Assembly: GCA_902521955.1 (NCBI GenBank)
Contig: CABYTP010000004.1
Coordinates: forward strand, 21,969-85,968
Reading direction: 5' to 3'
Origin: an uncultured Candidatus Actinomarina sp.
GTDB taxonomy: Bacteria > Actinomycetota > Acidimicrobiia > Actinomarinales > Actinomarinaceae
DNA length: 64,000 nt
Positions 30,055 to 38,531 of this stretch are shown here, piece after piece. The translations under genes and the position numbers were made by a program. The notes beneath the pieces were generated by a model. It had not been told where the DNA came from. It saw nothing but the letters and a program-made list of their open reading frames with translations, and searched no databases. How positions within the stretch are numbered: position 1 is the stretch's first letter; every line of letters starts with the position of its first letter.

Positions 30055-30308
30055 AAAATTAGAACGTTATTAGCCATATGCCAAAAGATACTAATATGAA
30101 TAAACCTGTTATCAATGAGGCAATTATTAAATGTCTAGTTTGCATAGTTACATTGTAACGATTTTAAACGCAATCTTAATTTTGAACTTTATCTAAAGTT
30201 TAGTAAATTGAAGGGTGAAAATAACAATAATCATTTTTCTTGGGAACCCCAAAATAGAATGTAGTTATTATCTCGATTAGATAGAGACCCTATCTGGAAA
30301 GAGGTAAT

Positions 30309-31673
30309 TTGAAAAAATTAACCATAATTGGTGGAGGTCCGGCAGGATATGCTGCTGCTCTCTATGCAACTAATTTCGATATAGAAGTTACACTGATTGA
30401 GTCAGATACTCTAGGTGGAACCTGTTTAAATCGAGGTTGCATACCAGCAAAGTACTGGCTTCATGTAGCTGAACTTAATCACGAAATAGATACCTCAAAC
30501 GAATTTGGTATTGAAATTAAAGATAAAAAAATTAACTGGCAACAAACTGCCCAGAAGAGATTTGATACTGTTAATAAATTAGTTAGTGGTATTGGAATGT
30601 TACTTAAGTCCAAAAAGGTAACAGTAGTAGAAGGCTGGGGGTCAATTAAAGATAAAAATACAGTAAATGTAAAAAAGCAAGATGGTGATGAGGTTGATAT
30701 TTATTCAGATTTTATTCTTATAGCAACCGGATCTAAACCACGAGAAATACCAAATATTAATGTTGATGAAAAATTTATTATTACATCTGATACAGCACTG
30801 AATTGGGAAGAGCCACCAAAAAAAGTTTGCGTAATTGGTGCAGGAGCAATTGGTTGTGAATTTGCCAGTCTGTTAAATGATTTGGGTTCGGAAGTTACAG
30901 TCGTCGAATTAGCAAAAGAAATACTTCCAGGCTTAGATAAAAGAACATCAGGCGAGCTAAGAAAACAACTTACTAAACGTGGTGTTGATTTCAAACTATC
31001 CACTTCAGTGACAGAAATAAAAGATTCAAAAGTAGTTTTCTCAGATGAAGAAAAAGCTGAATTTGACTGTGTACTAGTTGCCGTAGGTAGATCTCCACTT
31101 ACTGAAAATATTGGAATAGATCAAAACGGCATTAAGTCAAGTAACGGTTACTTGGAGGTAAATTTAGAAACTCTTCAGACTAATGTATCAAATATTTATG
31201 CTTTGGGGGATATAGTTTCTGGAACTCCTCAACTTGCACATGTTGCTTTTGCAGAAGCAATTAGTGCTGTTACCCATATTGCTACAGGTAAAAGTAGTCC
31301 AATTAATTACAAAGCTATACCGTATGTAGTCTATACAAGACCGGAGCTTGCTGAAGTAGGTATAAACTCTGACACAGCTAAAGAAAAAGGTATAAACATA
31401 AAACAAGCTCAACATAGCTTTGCAGGTATAGGTAGGGCATTAATTCAAAACCAAAACCAAGGTATCGTTAAAGTTTACTCAGAAGAAGATGGACCTATCA
31501 TTGGGGCAAGCGTTTGTGGACCTGCTGCTGGAGAGATGATACATGAACTTATGTATATGGTAGGTTGGGAAGCCTTACCAAGTGAAGCTTCAGAATTCAT
31601 ACATGCACATCCAACATTGAGTGAAGCTATTGGAGAATCATTATTAAGTTTGAATGGTAGGGGGTTACATTAA
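30309..31673 (+). CDS. lpd: dihydrolipoyl dehydrogenase (E3)
   Basis: Redox-active disulfide GGTCLNRGCIPAK, two Rossmann GxGxxG sites, and C-terminal dimerisation HAHPTLSE. Forced TTG start. Confidence 0.9.
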   Translation: MKKLTIIGGGPAGYAAALYATNFDIEVTLIESDTLGGTCLNRGCIPAKYWLHVAELNHEIDTSNEFGIEIKDKKINWQQTAQKRFDTVNKLVSGIGMLLKSKKVTVVEGWGSIKDKNTVNVKKQDGDEVDIYSDFILIATGSKPREIPNINVDEKFIITSDTALNWEEPPKKVCVIGAGAIGCEFASLLNDLGSEVTVVELAKEILPGLDKRTSGELRKQLTKRGVDFKLSTSVTEIKDSKVVFSDEEKAEFDCVLVAVGRSPLTENIGIDQNGIKSSNGYLEVNLETLQTNVSNIYALGDIVSGTPQLAHVAFAEAISAVTHIATGKSSPINYKAIPYVVYTRPELAEVGINSDTAKEKGINIKQAQHSFAGIGRALIQNQNQGIVKVYSEEDGPIIGASVCGPAAGEMIHELMYMVGWEALPSEASEFIHAHPTLSEAIGESLLSLNGRGLH

Positions 31674-33679
31674 TGCAGATTGAAAAAATTACACGTAAAG
31701 GGTATTCAGCATCGTTATCTAAAGATCAGCTGTGGGAGATTTATAAATCAATGAAAACCCAAAGGTTACTCGAAGATAGATTACTGAAGATGTATAAAGG
31801 TGGTCAATTAAGTGGAGCGGTATATCCAGGTATTGGACAAGAGGCTTCAATGGCTGGAATAGCAGCTGGAATGAATGAAAAAGACATTTTCGGAGGTACA
31901 CATAGAGATCTTGGAGTACAAATTAAAAAAGGGGTAACTCTTAAAGAAATTGCACTGAATTTTTTCGGTAAACATGATGGACCATCAAAAGGCAGAGATG
32001 GAAATAGCCACTTCGGTGTTGTTGATAAAGGAACTTTAATGGTCGTCTCTCCTTTGCCTGATTCAGCACCAGTTGCTGTAGGTTGGGCACTTGCCTCTCA
32101 ACAAAGTGGATCTGGTGTTGTCGCTGTGGCAAACTGTGGTGAAGGAGCAACAGCTACTGGAACTTGGCACGAAAGCATCAACATGGCAGGTGTATTAAAT
32201 CTCCCAGTTGTATTTACTGTTCAAAATAATCAATTTGCTTACTCTTCACCAAATGAAACTGAGTTTGGTACTCCAAATGTTGCTGACCGAGCAGCCGGTT
32301 ATGGAATACCGGCAAAAATTATTGATGGAAATGATATTTATGAAGTTATTGATGTCATGCATGAAGCATGCGAAAGTGCAAGAGAAGGAAACGGTCCATC
32401 TTTAATTGAATTAGTAACGTTTAGACATTATGGTCACGCTGGTCATGATCCTGCTGAATATGTAAATGAAGAAGTTAGAGATTTTTGGATGAAGAGAGAC
32501 CCAATTGCCAGATTTGAAGACTCCTTGGTTGAAGAAGGTTTATTTTCAACCGAACAGTTTGTAAGCTTAGCTGAAGATTTAGAAGCTGAAATAAGAGAAG
32601 CTTTAGAGTGGGCTAAAACTCAAGACGACCCGGATCCCATTAATGAAGTCGAAGATATGTTTGCTGACAGAACAACTCCAACTATTTCTAATGATGAATC
32701 TGATACAAAAACAATGAATTATATAGAAGCAATAACAAATGGATTAGATGAGTTGATGGAAAATGATGAAAATGTATTCATGATGGGCGAAGACATTGGA
32801 GTTTTTGAAGGTGCATTTAAGGCAACGAAAGGTTTGTTTAATAAATATGGGCCTTTCAGAGTTATTGATACATCAATTTCTGAAGGAGGGTTTACGGGTG
32901 CTGCTGTCGGGGCAGCTCTTGCTGGTAAAAAGCCAATAGTTGAATTACAATTTTATGATTTTGTGTACCCCGCTCTTGACCAGATTACAACTGAAGCTGC
33001 TAAGTACTACTGGAAAGCTGGTAAATCTGTACCAATGGTTGTTAGAGGCCCTACTGGTGCTGGAACTCGATCTGGACCCTTTCACTCTATCAGTCCAGAA
33101 TCGTTACTGGCACATCATCCAGGTATAAGAGTTGTTGCTCCATCCAATCCATATGATGCAAAAGGACTTTTGGTTGCAGCTGTTAATGACCCTAATCCAG
33201 TAATGTACTTAGAACACAAAAAGCTTTATAGAAAACCTGATTTGAAAATGGAGGTTCCACTGGGTCTTTATGAAGTAGAGATTGGTAAAGGAAAAGTAGT
33301 TAGACAAGGTACAGATATAACATTGGTTACTTGGTCTGGAATGGTACCTGTTGCTAATGAGGCTGCTGAAGTTCTCTCGAAAGAAAATATTTCAGTTGAA
33401 GTAATTGATATAAGAACAATTGTTCCACTTGATGAGGAAATAATTTTAAGCTCTGTTGAAAAAACATCTAATTTGTGCATCTTGCAAGAGGATGTACCAT
33501 TTTCATCAATTGCTTCTGAAATTTCTTCAGTAGTCGCTGAAAAAGGTTTTTGGAATCTTGATAACCCAATACTTAAGGTAACTCCTCCAAATACCCATAT
33601 ACCTTTTGCACCTGTTTTAGAAGATGCATTTATTCCTAGTGTTGAAAAAGTGGTAAAAGCCCTGAAGGAATTACAATAA
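31673..33679 (+). CDS. 2-oxoacid (pyruvate/branched-chain) dehydrogenase E1 component, with alpha and beta subunits fused in one polypeptide
   Basis: 668 aa. The N-terminal half has the E1-alpha thiamine pyrophosphate (TPP) motif (GEGATATG...N-x29 region, VVFTVQNNQFA). The C-terminal half is E1-beta/transketolase-like (NYIEAITNGLDE..., GEDIGVFEGAFKATKGL). The ATG overlaps the lpd stop. Confidence 0.8.
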   Translation: MQIEKITRKGYSASLSKDQLWEIYKSMKTQRLLEDRLLKMYKGGQLSGAVYPGIGQEASMAGIAAGMNEKDIFGGTHRDLGVQIKKGVTLKEIALNFFGKHDGPSKGRDGNSHFGVVDKGTLMVVSPLPDSAPVAVGWALASQQSGSGVVAVANCGEGATATGTWHESINMAGVLNLPVVFTVQNNQFAYSSPNETEFGTPNVADRAAGYGIPAKIIDGNDIYEVIDVMHEACESAREGNGPSLIELVTFRHYGHAGHDPAEYVNEEVRDFWMKRDPIARFEDSLVEEGLFSTEQFVSLAEDLEAEIREALEWAKTQDDPDPINEVEDMFADRTTPTISNDESDTKTMNYIEAITNGLDELMENDENVFMMGEDIGVFEGAFKATKGLFNKYGPFRVIDTSISEGGFTGAAVGAALAGKKPIVELQFYDFVYPALDQITTEAAKYYWKAGKSVPMVVRGPTGAGTRSGPFHSISPESLLAHHPGIRVVAPSNPYDAKGLLVAAVNDPNPVMYLEHKKLYRKPDLKMEVPLGLYEVEIGKGKVVRQGTDITLVTWSGMVPVANEAAEVLSKENISVEVIDIRTIVPLDEEIILSSVEKTSNLCILQEDVPFSSIASEISSVVAEKGFWNLDNPILKVTPPNTHIPFAPVLEDAFIPSVEKVVKALKELQ

Positions 33680-33683
33680 AGTA

Positions 33684-34973
33684 ATGAGTCAAATAGTGAC
33701 AATGCCACAGCTTGGCGAAACAGTAACAGAAGGTACAATTCTTCGTTGGTTAGTTAAGGTAGGTGACGAAGTTAAGGAAGATGATCCAATATTGGAAATC
33801 TCTACTGACAAAGTTGATACAGAAGTACCCTCACCATTTAACGGAACAGTCAGTAATTTATTAGTAGAAGAAGGTGAAACTGTAGAAGTAGGCGCTTCTC
33901 TGCTTGAATTGGATGGAGATAAAACAAATACAAATGATACTCCTCTAAAAGAAGAGCCAAAAGAAGAAACAAACGAAGAGAATGTGCAAGATACAAGTCC
34001 TAAGGTTGCTGAGGTACAAAATCATAATATTTCGAAGACACCTAATGAGAAACAAAATCTTAAATTATCACCTGTTGTCAGAAAACTTGCTTCTGAACAT
34101 AATATAGATATAGAAAAAGTTCAGGGTACCGGTAAAGACGGAAGGATTAAAAGACAAGATATTGAAAAAATTATTTCATCAGGTCAGGGTATGATTTCAA
34201 CAGAAAAAATTGCTGAACAGCCTCCACAAGAAAAAGAGAAAGAAATGTTAACTAAAGAGTCTTCAAATAATATTTCAAGACTAAGGAAAAGAATTGCTGA
34301 AAACATGATTATCTCAAAGCAAACTTCAGCACATGTGATGACTTCTATTGAGGTAGATTTTGAGAATATTGAAATTGTAAGAGCAAAACATAAAGCAAAA
34401 TTTAAAGAAGAAAATGGCTTTTCATTAACTTACCTACCTTTCATCTCCCTTGCTACTGTCTCAGCATTGAGGGAGTACCCCGTAGTAAATAGTTCTTTTG
34501 ATTTAGAAAACGGCTTACATGAAATTCATAACCATATCAACTTAGGAATTGCTGTTGACTTAAATCAACAGGGATTATTGGTCGGCACTTTGCAAGAGGC
34601 TGATTCGTTTAATTTAAAAGGGATAGCAAGAAAAATTTCGGAGACTTCCAAATTACTGAGAGATGGAAAATATGGCTTAGATGATGTAAGCGGAAGTACT
34701 TTTACTATATCTAATAATGGGTCATTTAATTCATTTTTAACATCCCCAATAATCAATCAACCAAATGTTGCAATCCTTTCAACAGAGTCAGTAAAGAAAA
34801 GACCAGTTGTTGTTCAAGCACAAGATGGATCTGATTCTATCGCAATAAGACACACGGGTATTTTGAGTATTACATGGGACCACAGGGTATTTGATGGTTC
34901 CGTAGCATTATTATTTCTTAATTTTATTAAGGAAAGGTTAGAGAATGCTGATTGGTCACAGGAATTAGATTGA
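33684..34973 (+). CDS. dihydrolipoamide acyltransferase (E2)
   Basis: Lipoyl domain (EISTDKVDTEVPSP), a long Ala/Pro/Glu-rich linker, a peripheral subunit-binding domain, and the catalytic C-terminus with DHRVFDG. Confidence 0.85.
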   Translation: MSQIVTMPQLGETVTEGTILRWLVKVGDEVKEDDPILEISTDKVDTEVPSPFNGTVSNLLVEEGETVEVGASLLELDGDKTNTNDTPLKEEPKEETNEENVQDTSPKVAEVQNHNISKTPNEKQNLKLSPVVRKLASEHNIDIEKVQGTGKDGRIKRQDIEKIISSGQGMISTEKIAEQPPQEKEKEMLTKESSNNISRLRKRIAENMIISKQTSAHVMTSIEVDFENIEIVRAKHKAKFKEENGFSLTYLPFISLATVSALREYPVVNSSFDLENGLHEIHNHINLGIAVDLNQQGLLVGTLQEADSFNLKGIARKISETSKLLRDGKYGLDDVSGSTFTISNNGSFNSFLTSPIINQPNVAILSTESVKKRPVVVQAQDGSDSIAIRHTGILSITWDHRVFDGSVALLFLNFIKERLENADWSQELD

Positions 34974-36598
34974 GAACTCTCAATACTCGGTGGCTTGGAA
35001 AATTACCCTATTCGGAAGCTTACGACCTTCAGTTGGGAATTCATAGATCAGTTTCACAAAACAATAGTAATGATGATTATTTATTGCTTCTTGAACATGA
35101 TGGGGTTATAACTTCAGGACGTTCTGCAAAGAAGAACAATTTACTAGTCTCTGAAGAAGAGCTTAGTACTAGGGGTATAGATTTTTTTGAAACTGATAGG
35201 GGAGGAGACATTACCTATCATGGCGAAGGTCAATTAATAGGTTACCCAATTGTTAGGCTTTCTGATCCAAAAAAAATACTGCCCTTTGTAAGGTCATTAG
35301 AAAATGTAATCATTGATACTCTAAATGAATTTTCTATAGATTCCTTTACCAAAGAAGACAATACAGGTGTTTGGACCTCTGCTGGTAAAATTGCTTCGAT
35401 TGGAATCAAGGTTAGTAAGTGGACTACTTATCATGGTTTTTCATTAAATATTTTTGATAATCTGGAAGGTTTTAATTTGATTAACCCATGCGGTAACGAA
35501 TTGGAACAAATGAGTTCTATTCATCAATTTAATAACAAAATTTCTTTCGAGGATGTATCAAATGTAATTTCTAAAAATTTTGAGAACATTTTCAATTATG
35601 AAAAAATAGATAAACAGTTTTCTCAATTTACTCCTAAACAACTAAAGACAACTAAAGAATTTAATATTGATGAAATGGTTAAAAGGGGAGTGTTTAAACC
35701 TAATAAAAATATTATTCCAATAACCATAAGGGGAGTATTACCAAATGAACCCAGAAGGCCTGAATGGATGAAGGTTAAAGCAAACTTAGGAAATGATTAC
35801 ATAAGTTTGAAAAACTTATTAAGCGAAAAAAAATTAAATACAGTATGTGAAGAAGCTTCTTGCCCAAATATATATGAGTGCTGGTCAATGGGAACCGCAA
35901 CATTCATGATAATGGGTGATGTTTGCACACGAGCTTGTGGCTTCTGTGATGTTAAAACTGGTAAGCCAGGTCAACTTGATTTAGATGAACCAACCAGGGT
36001 TGCAGAAAGTGTTAAAGCTATGCAGTTGTCACATGCTGTTATTACTTCCGTTAACAGGGATGACCTTGATGATGGAGGATCATTGTTTTTTGCAGATACA
36101 ATTCGCGCTGTAAAAGAATTAAACGAGAAATGTAATGTCGAAGTCTTGGTTCCAGATTTTAAAGGATTGAGGTCAGCAATAGATAATATTCTTTTTGCTG
36201 CTCCTGAGGTATTTAATCATAATTTAGAGACAGTACCAAGACTACAAAGGGAAATAAGAACTGCGGCGTCTTATGGAAGGTCATTGTCTCTTCTCGAATA
36301 TGTTAAGCAGCAAGGATTTATGGGAAAAACTAAAACCGGATTAATTGTTGGAATGGGTGAAACTAAAGATGAAGTTATTTCAGTTTTGAAAGACCTATCT
36401 AAAATTGATATTGATATAGTTACTATAGGTCAATATTTAAGACCAACAGCAAAACATAGACCAATTGATAGGTATGCACCAATTGAAGAATTTGAAGATT
36501 ATAAATTACTTGGTGAGTCATTTGGTATACCACATGTTGAATCCGGTCCACTTGTAAGATCTTCATATCATGCAAAAGATTCTTTTGCGTCTGCTTAG
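34952..36598 (+). CDS. fused octanoyltransferase LipB / lipoyl synthase LipA
   Basis: 548 aa in one frame. The N-terminal half is LipB-like (LLLEHDGVITSG, RGGDITYHGEGQLIGYPIV, K in KISFEDV region). The C-terminal half is LipA with both radical-SAM cluster motifs (CEEASCPNIYECW and CTRACGFCDV). Forced non-ATG start: TTG at 34952 or 34970. Confidence 0.75.
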   Translation: MVTGIRLRTLNTRWLGKLPYSEAYDLQLGIHRSVSQNNSNDDYLLLLEHDGVITSGRSAKKNNLLVSEEELSTRGIDFFETDRGGDITYHGEGQLIGYPIVRLSDPKKILPFVRSLENVIIDTLNEFSIDSFTKEDNTGVWTSAGKIASIGIKVSKWTTYHGFSLNIFDNLEGFNLINPCGNELEQMSSIHQFNNKISFEDVSNVISKNFENIFNYEKIDKQFSQFTPKQLKTTKEFNIDEMVKRGVFKPNKNIIPITIRGVLPNEPRRPEWMKVKANLGNDYISLKNLLSEKKLNTVCEEASCPNIYECWSMGTATFMIMGDVCTRACGFCDVKTGKPGQLDLDEPTRVAESVKAMQLSHAVITSVNRDDLDDGGSLFFADTIRAVKELNEKCNVEVLVPDFKGLRSAIDNILFAAPEVFNHNLETVPRLQREIRTAASYGRSLSLLEYVKQQGFMGKTKTGLIVGMGETKDEVISVLKDLSKIDIDIVTIGQYLRPTAKHRPIDRYAPIEEFEDYKLLGESFGIPHVESGPLVRSSYHAKDSFASA

Positions 36599-36617
36599 AT
36601 TCTTATATACTTAATCT

Positions 36618-38531
36618 GTGTTTGATAAAGTAACAAAATCCATTAGAGTCCTTTCTGCTTCATCTGTCGAGAAAGCAAACTCTGGACACCCCGGTATGCC
36701 ATTAGGAATGGCAGATGTAGGAACTGTGTTATTTAAAAATTTTTTAAAAATTTCTAATAGAAATCCTAATTGGATAAATAGGGATAGATTTGTTCTTAGT
36801 GCTGGACATGGGTCAGCATTGCTATATAGCTTACTGCATTTCAATGGTTTTAAGATTTCTATTGATGACATGAAGAATTTCAGACAATTAAATTCTAAGA
36901 CTGCTGGCCACCCTGAGCTTGATGTAGGTATTGGAATTGATATAACAACTGGACCTTTAGGTCAAGGTTTTGCGACAGGAGTTGGTCTTGCCCTTGCGGA
37001 GACATATTTAACAGATATTTTTGGAAATGAAATCATCGATCATTACGTATATGGAATAGTTTCAGATGGTGATTTAATGGAAGGTGTTTCATTTGAAGCT
37101 GCTGAGTTAGCAGGTCTCTGGAAACTAGGAAAATTGATTTATATTTTTGACGATAACAATATATCTATTGATGGGAATGTAGACAAGGTATCCGTCACAA
37201 ATCAAAGTGCAAAATTCCAATCACTAGGTTGGCATGTTCAAGAAATAGATGGACATGATGAAAATCAAATTATTAATGCCGTTAATGATGCACAGGACAA
37301 CACTTCAAAACCATCTTTAATAATTGCGAAAAGCACAATTGGAAAGCATTCTCCTAATAAGCAAAATACTAGTGGAGTACACGGTTCCCCTTTAGGCAGT
37401 GATGAAATGGAGCAGTTCTTAAATAACTTAGGTTGGACAGGGGATGCATTTGATCATCCGCAAGAAATTTACGATTATTTCAATAAAAAAAGAGACATTG
37501 ATAATACTAAATATGATGAATGGGCATCTTTACTTGAAGAAAAGTTGACTACTGACAATGATTTTGCTGATTTATGGAATGAATTTAATAATAAAAAAAT
37601 TGAATTTAACCATTCTCTAGGTAAAGACAAAAAAGCAACAAGGGTGACAGGAAGCGAGGTTTTAAATTCCATCGGAGAGTCAAATAGATTTATACTAGGA
37701 GGATCAGCAGACCTTGCTGCTTCAACTAAACAAATAATCTCAAATTCAATTTATTCACATGAAAACAGAAGCGGTCAGTCAATTGAGTTTGGAATTCGTG
37801 AACATGCAATGGCAGCAGTCGTAAATGGGATTACTTTGCATAGTAATTTAATTGGGTACGGGTCAACATTTTTAGTGTTTTCAGATTACATGAGACCAAG
37901 CATAAGACTTGCATCCCTGATGAATCTTAATTCTGTATACATTTTTACTCATGATTCAATTTATCTTGGTGAAGACGGCCCTACTCATCAACCTATTGAG
38001 CATTTAATGAGTTTAAGACTTATACCAGGACTAGATGTTATTCGACCAGCAAATAGCATAGAAGCAGAATATGCTTATCAATATATTTTTACCAAAGGTA
38101 ACAATCCCAAATCTCTTGTGTTGACACGACAGTCGTTAGATTATATTGAAACTAATTTGAGCTATAAAAATTTTCAAGATGGAGCTTATGAGTTAATCAA
38201 AGGAGATGATCTTACAATATTTGCTTCTGGATCTGAAGTAAATTTAGCAATTGAGGTTTCTAAGAAGTTAAAAAATAAGTCTGTACAAATTATAAGCACT
38301 CCTATTTTGAATCAAATTAATACCAACACTCTTGAAAATCTAAAAATAAATGAGTTTGTCTTTACTCTAGAACTTGGTCGCTCTATTGGCTGGCAGGATT
38401 ATATTGGAAAAGTAACAGAAAGTTTTAGTATAGAAACCTTTGGTGCGTCAGCTCCATTAGAAGATTTAACAGAATATTTTGAATTTAGTTCAGAAAAAAT
38501 AGCTGAGAAAATTTTACAATATATAAGCTAA
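36618..38531 (+). CDS. tkt: transketolase
   Basis: N-terminal ANSGHPGMPLGMADV, TPP-binding GDG region (SDGDLMEG), 637 aa. GTG start. Confidence 0.9.
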   Translation: MFDKVTKSIRVLSASSVEKANSGHPGMPLGMADVGTVLFKNFLKISNRNPNWINRDRFVLSAGHGSALLYSLLHFNGFKISIDDMKNFRQLNSKTAGHPELDVGIGIDITTGPLGQGFATGVGLALAETYLTDIFGNEIIDHYVYGIVSDGDLMEGVSFEAAELAGLWKLGKLIYIFDDNNISIDGNVDKVSVTNQSAKFQSLGWHVQEIDGHDENQIINAVNDAQDNTSKPSLIIAKSTIGKHSPNKQNTSGVHGSPLGSDEMEQFLNNLGWTGDAFDHPQEIYDYFNKKRDIDNTKYDEWASLLEEKLTTDNDFADLWNEFNNKKIEFNHSLGKDKKATRVTGSEVLNSIGESNRFILGGSADLAASTKQIISNSIYSHENRSGQSIEFGIREHAMAAVVNGITLHSNLIGYGSTFLVFSDYMRPSIRLASLMNLNSVYIFTHDSIYLGEDGPTHQPIEHLMSLRLIPGLDVIRPANSIEAEYAYQYIFTKGNNPKSLVLTRQSLDYIETNLSYKNFQDGAYELIKGDDLTIFASGSEVNLAIEVSKKLKNKSVQIISTPILNQINTNTLENLKINEFVFTLELGRSIGWQDYIGKVTESFSIETFGASAPLEDLTEYFEFSSEKIAEKILQYIS

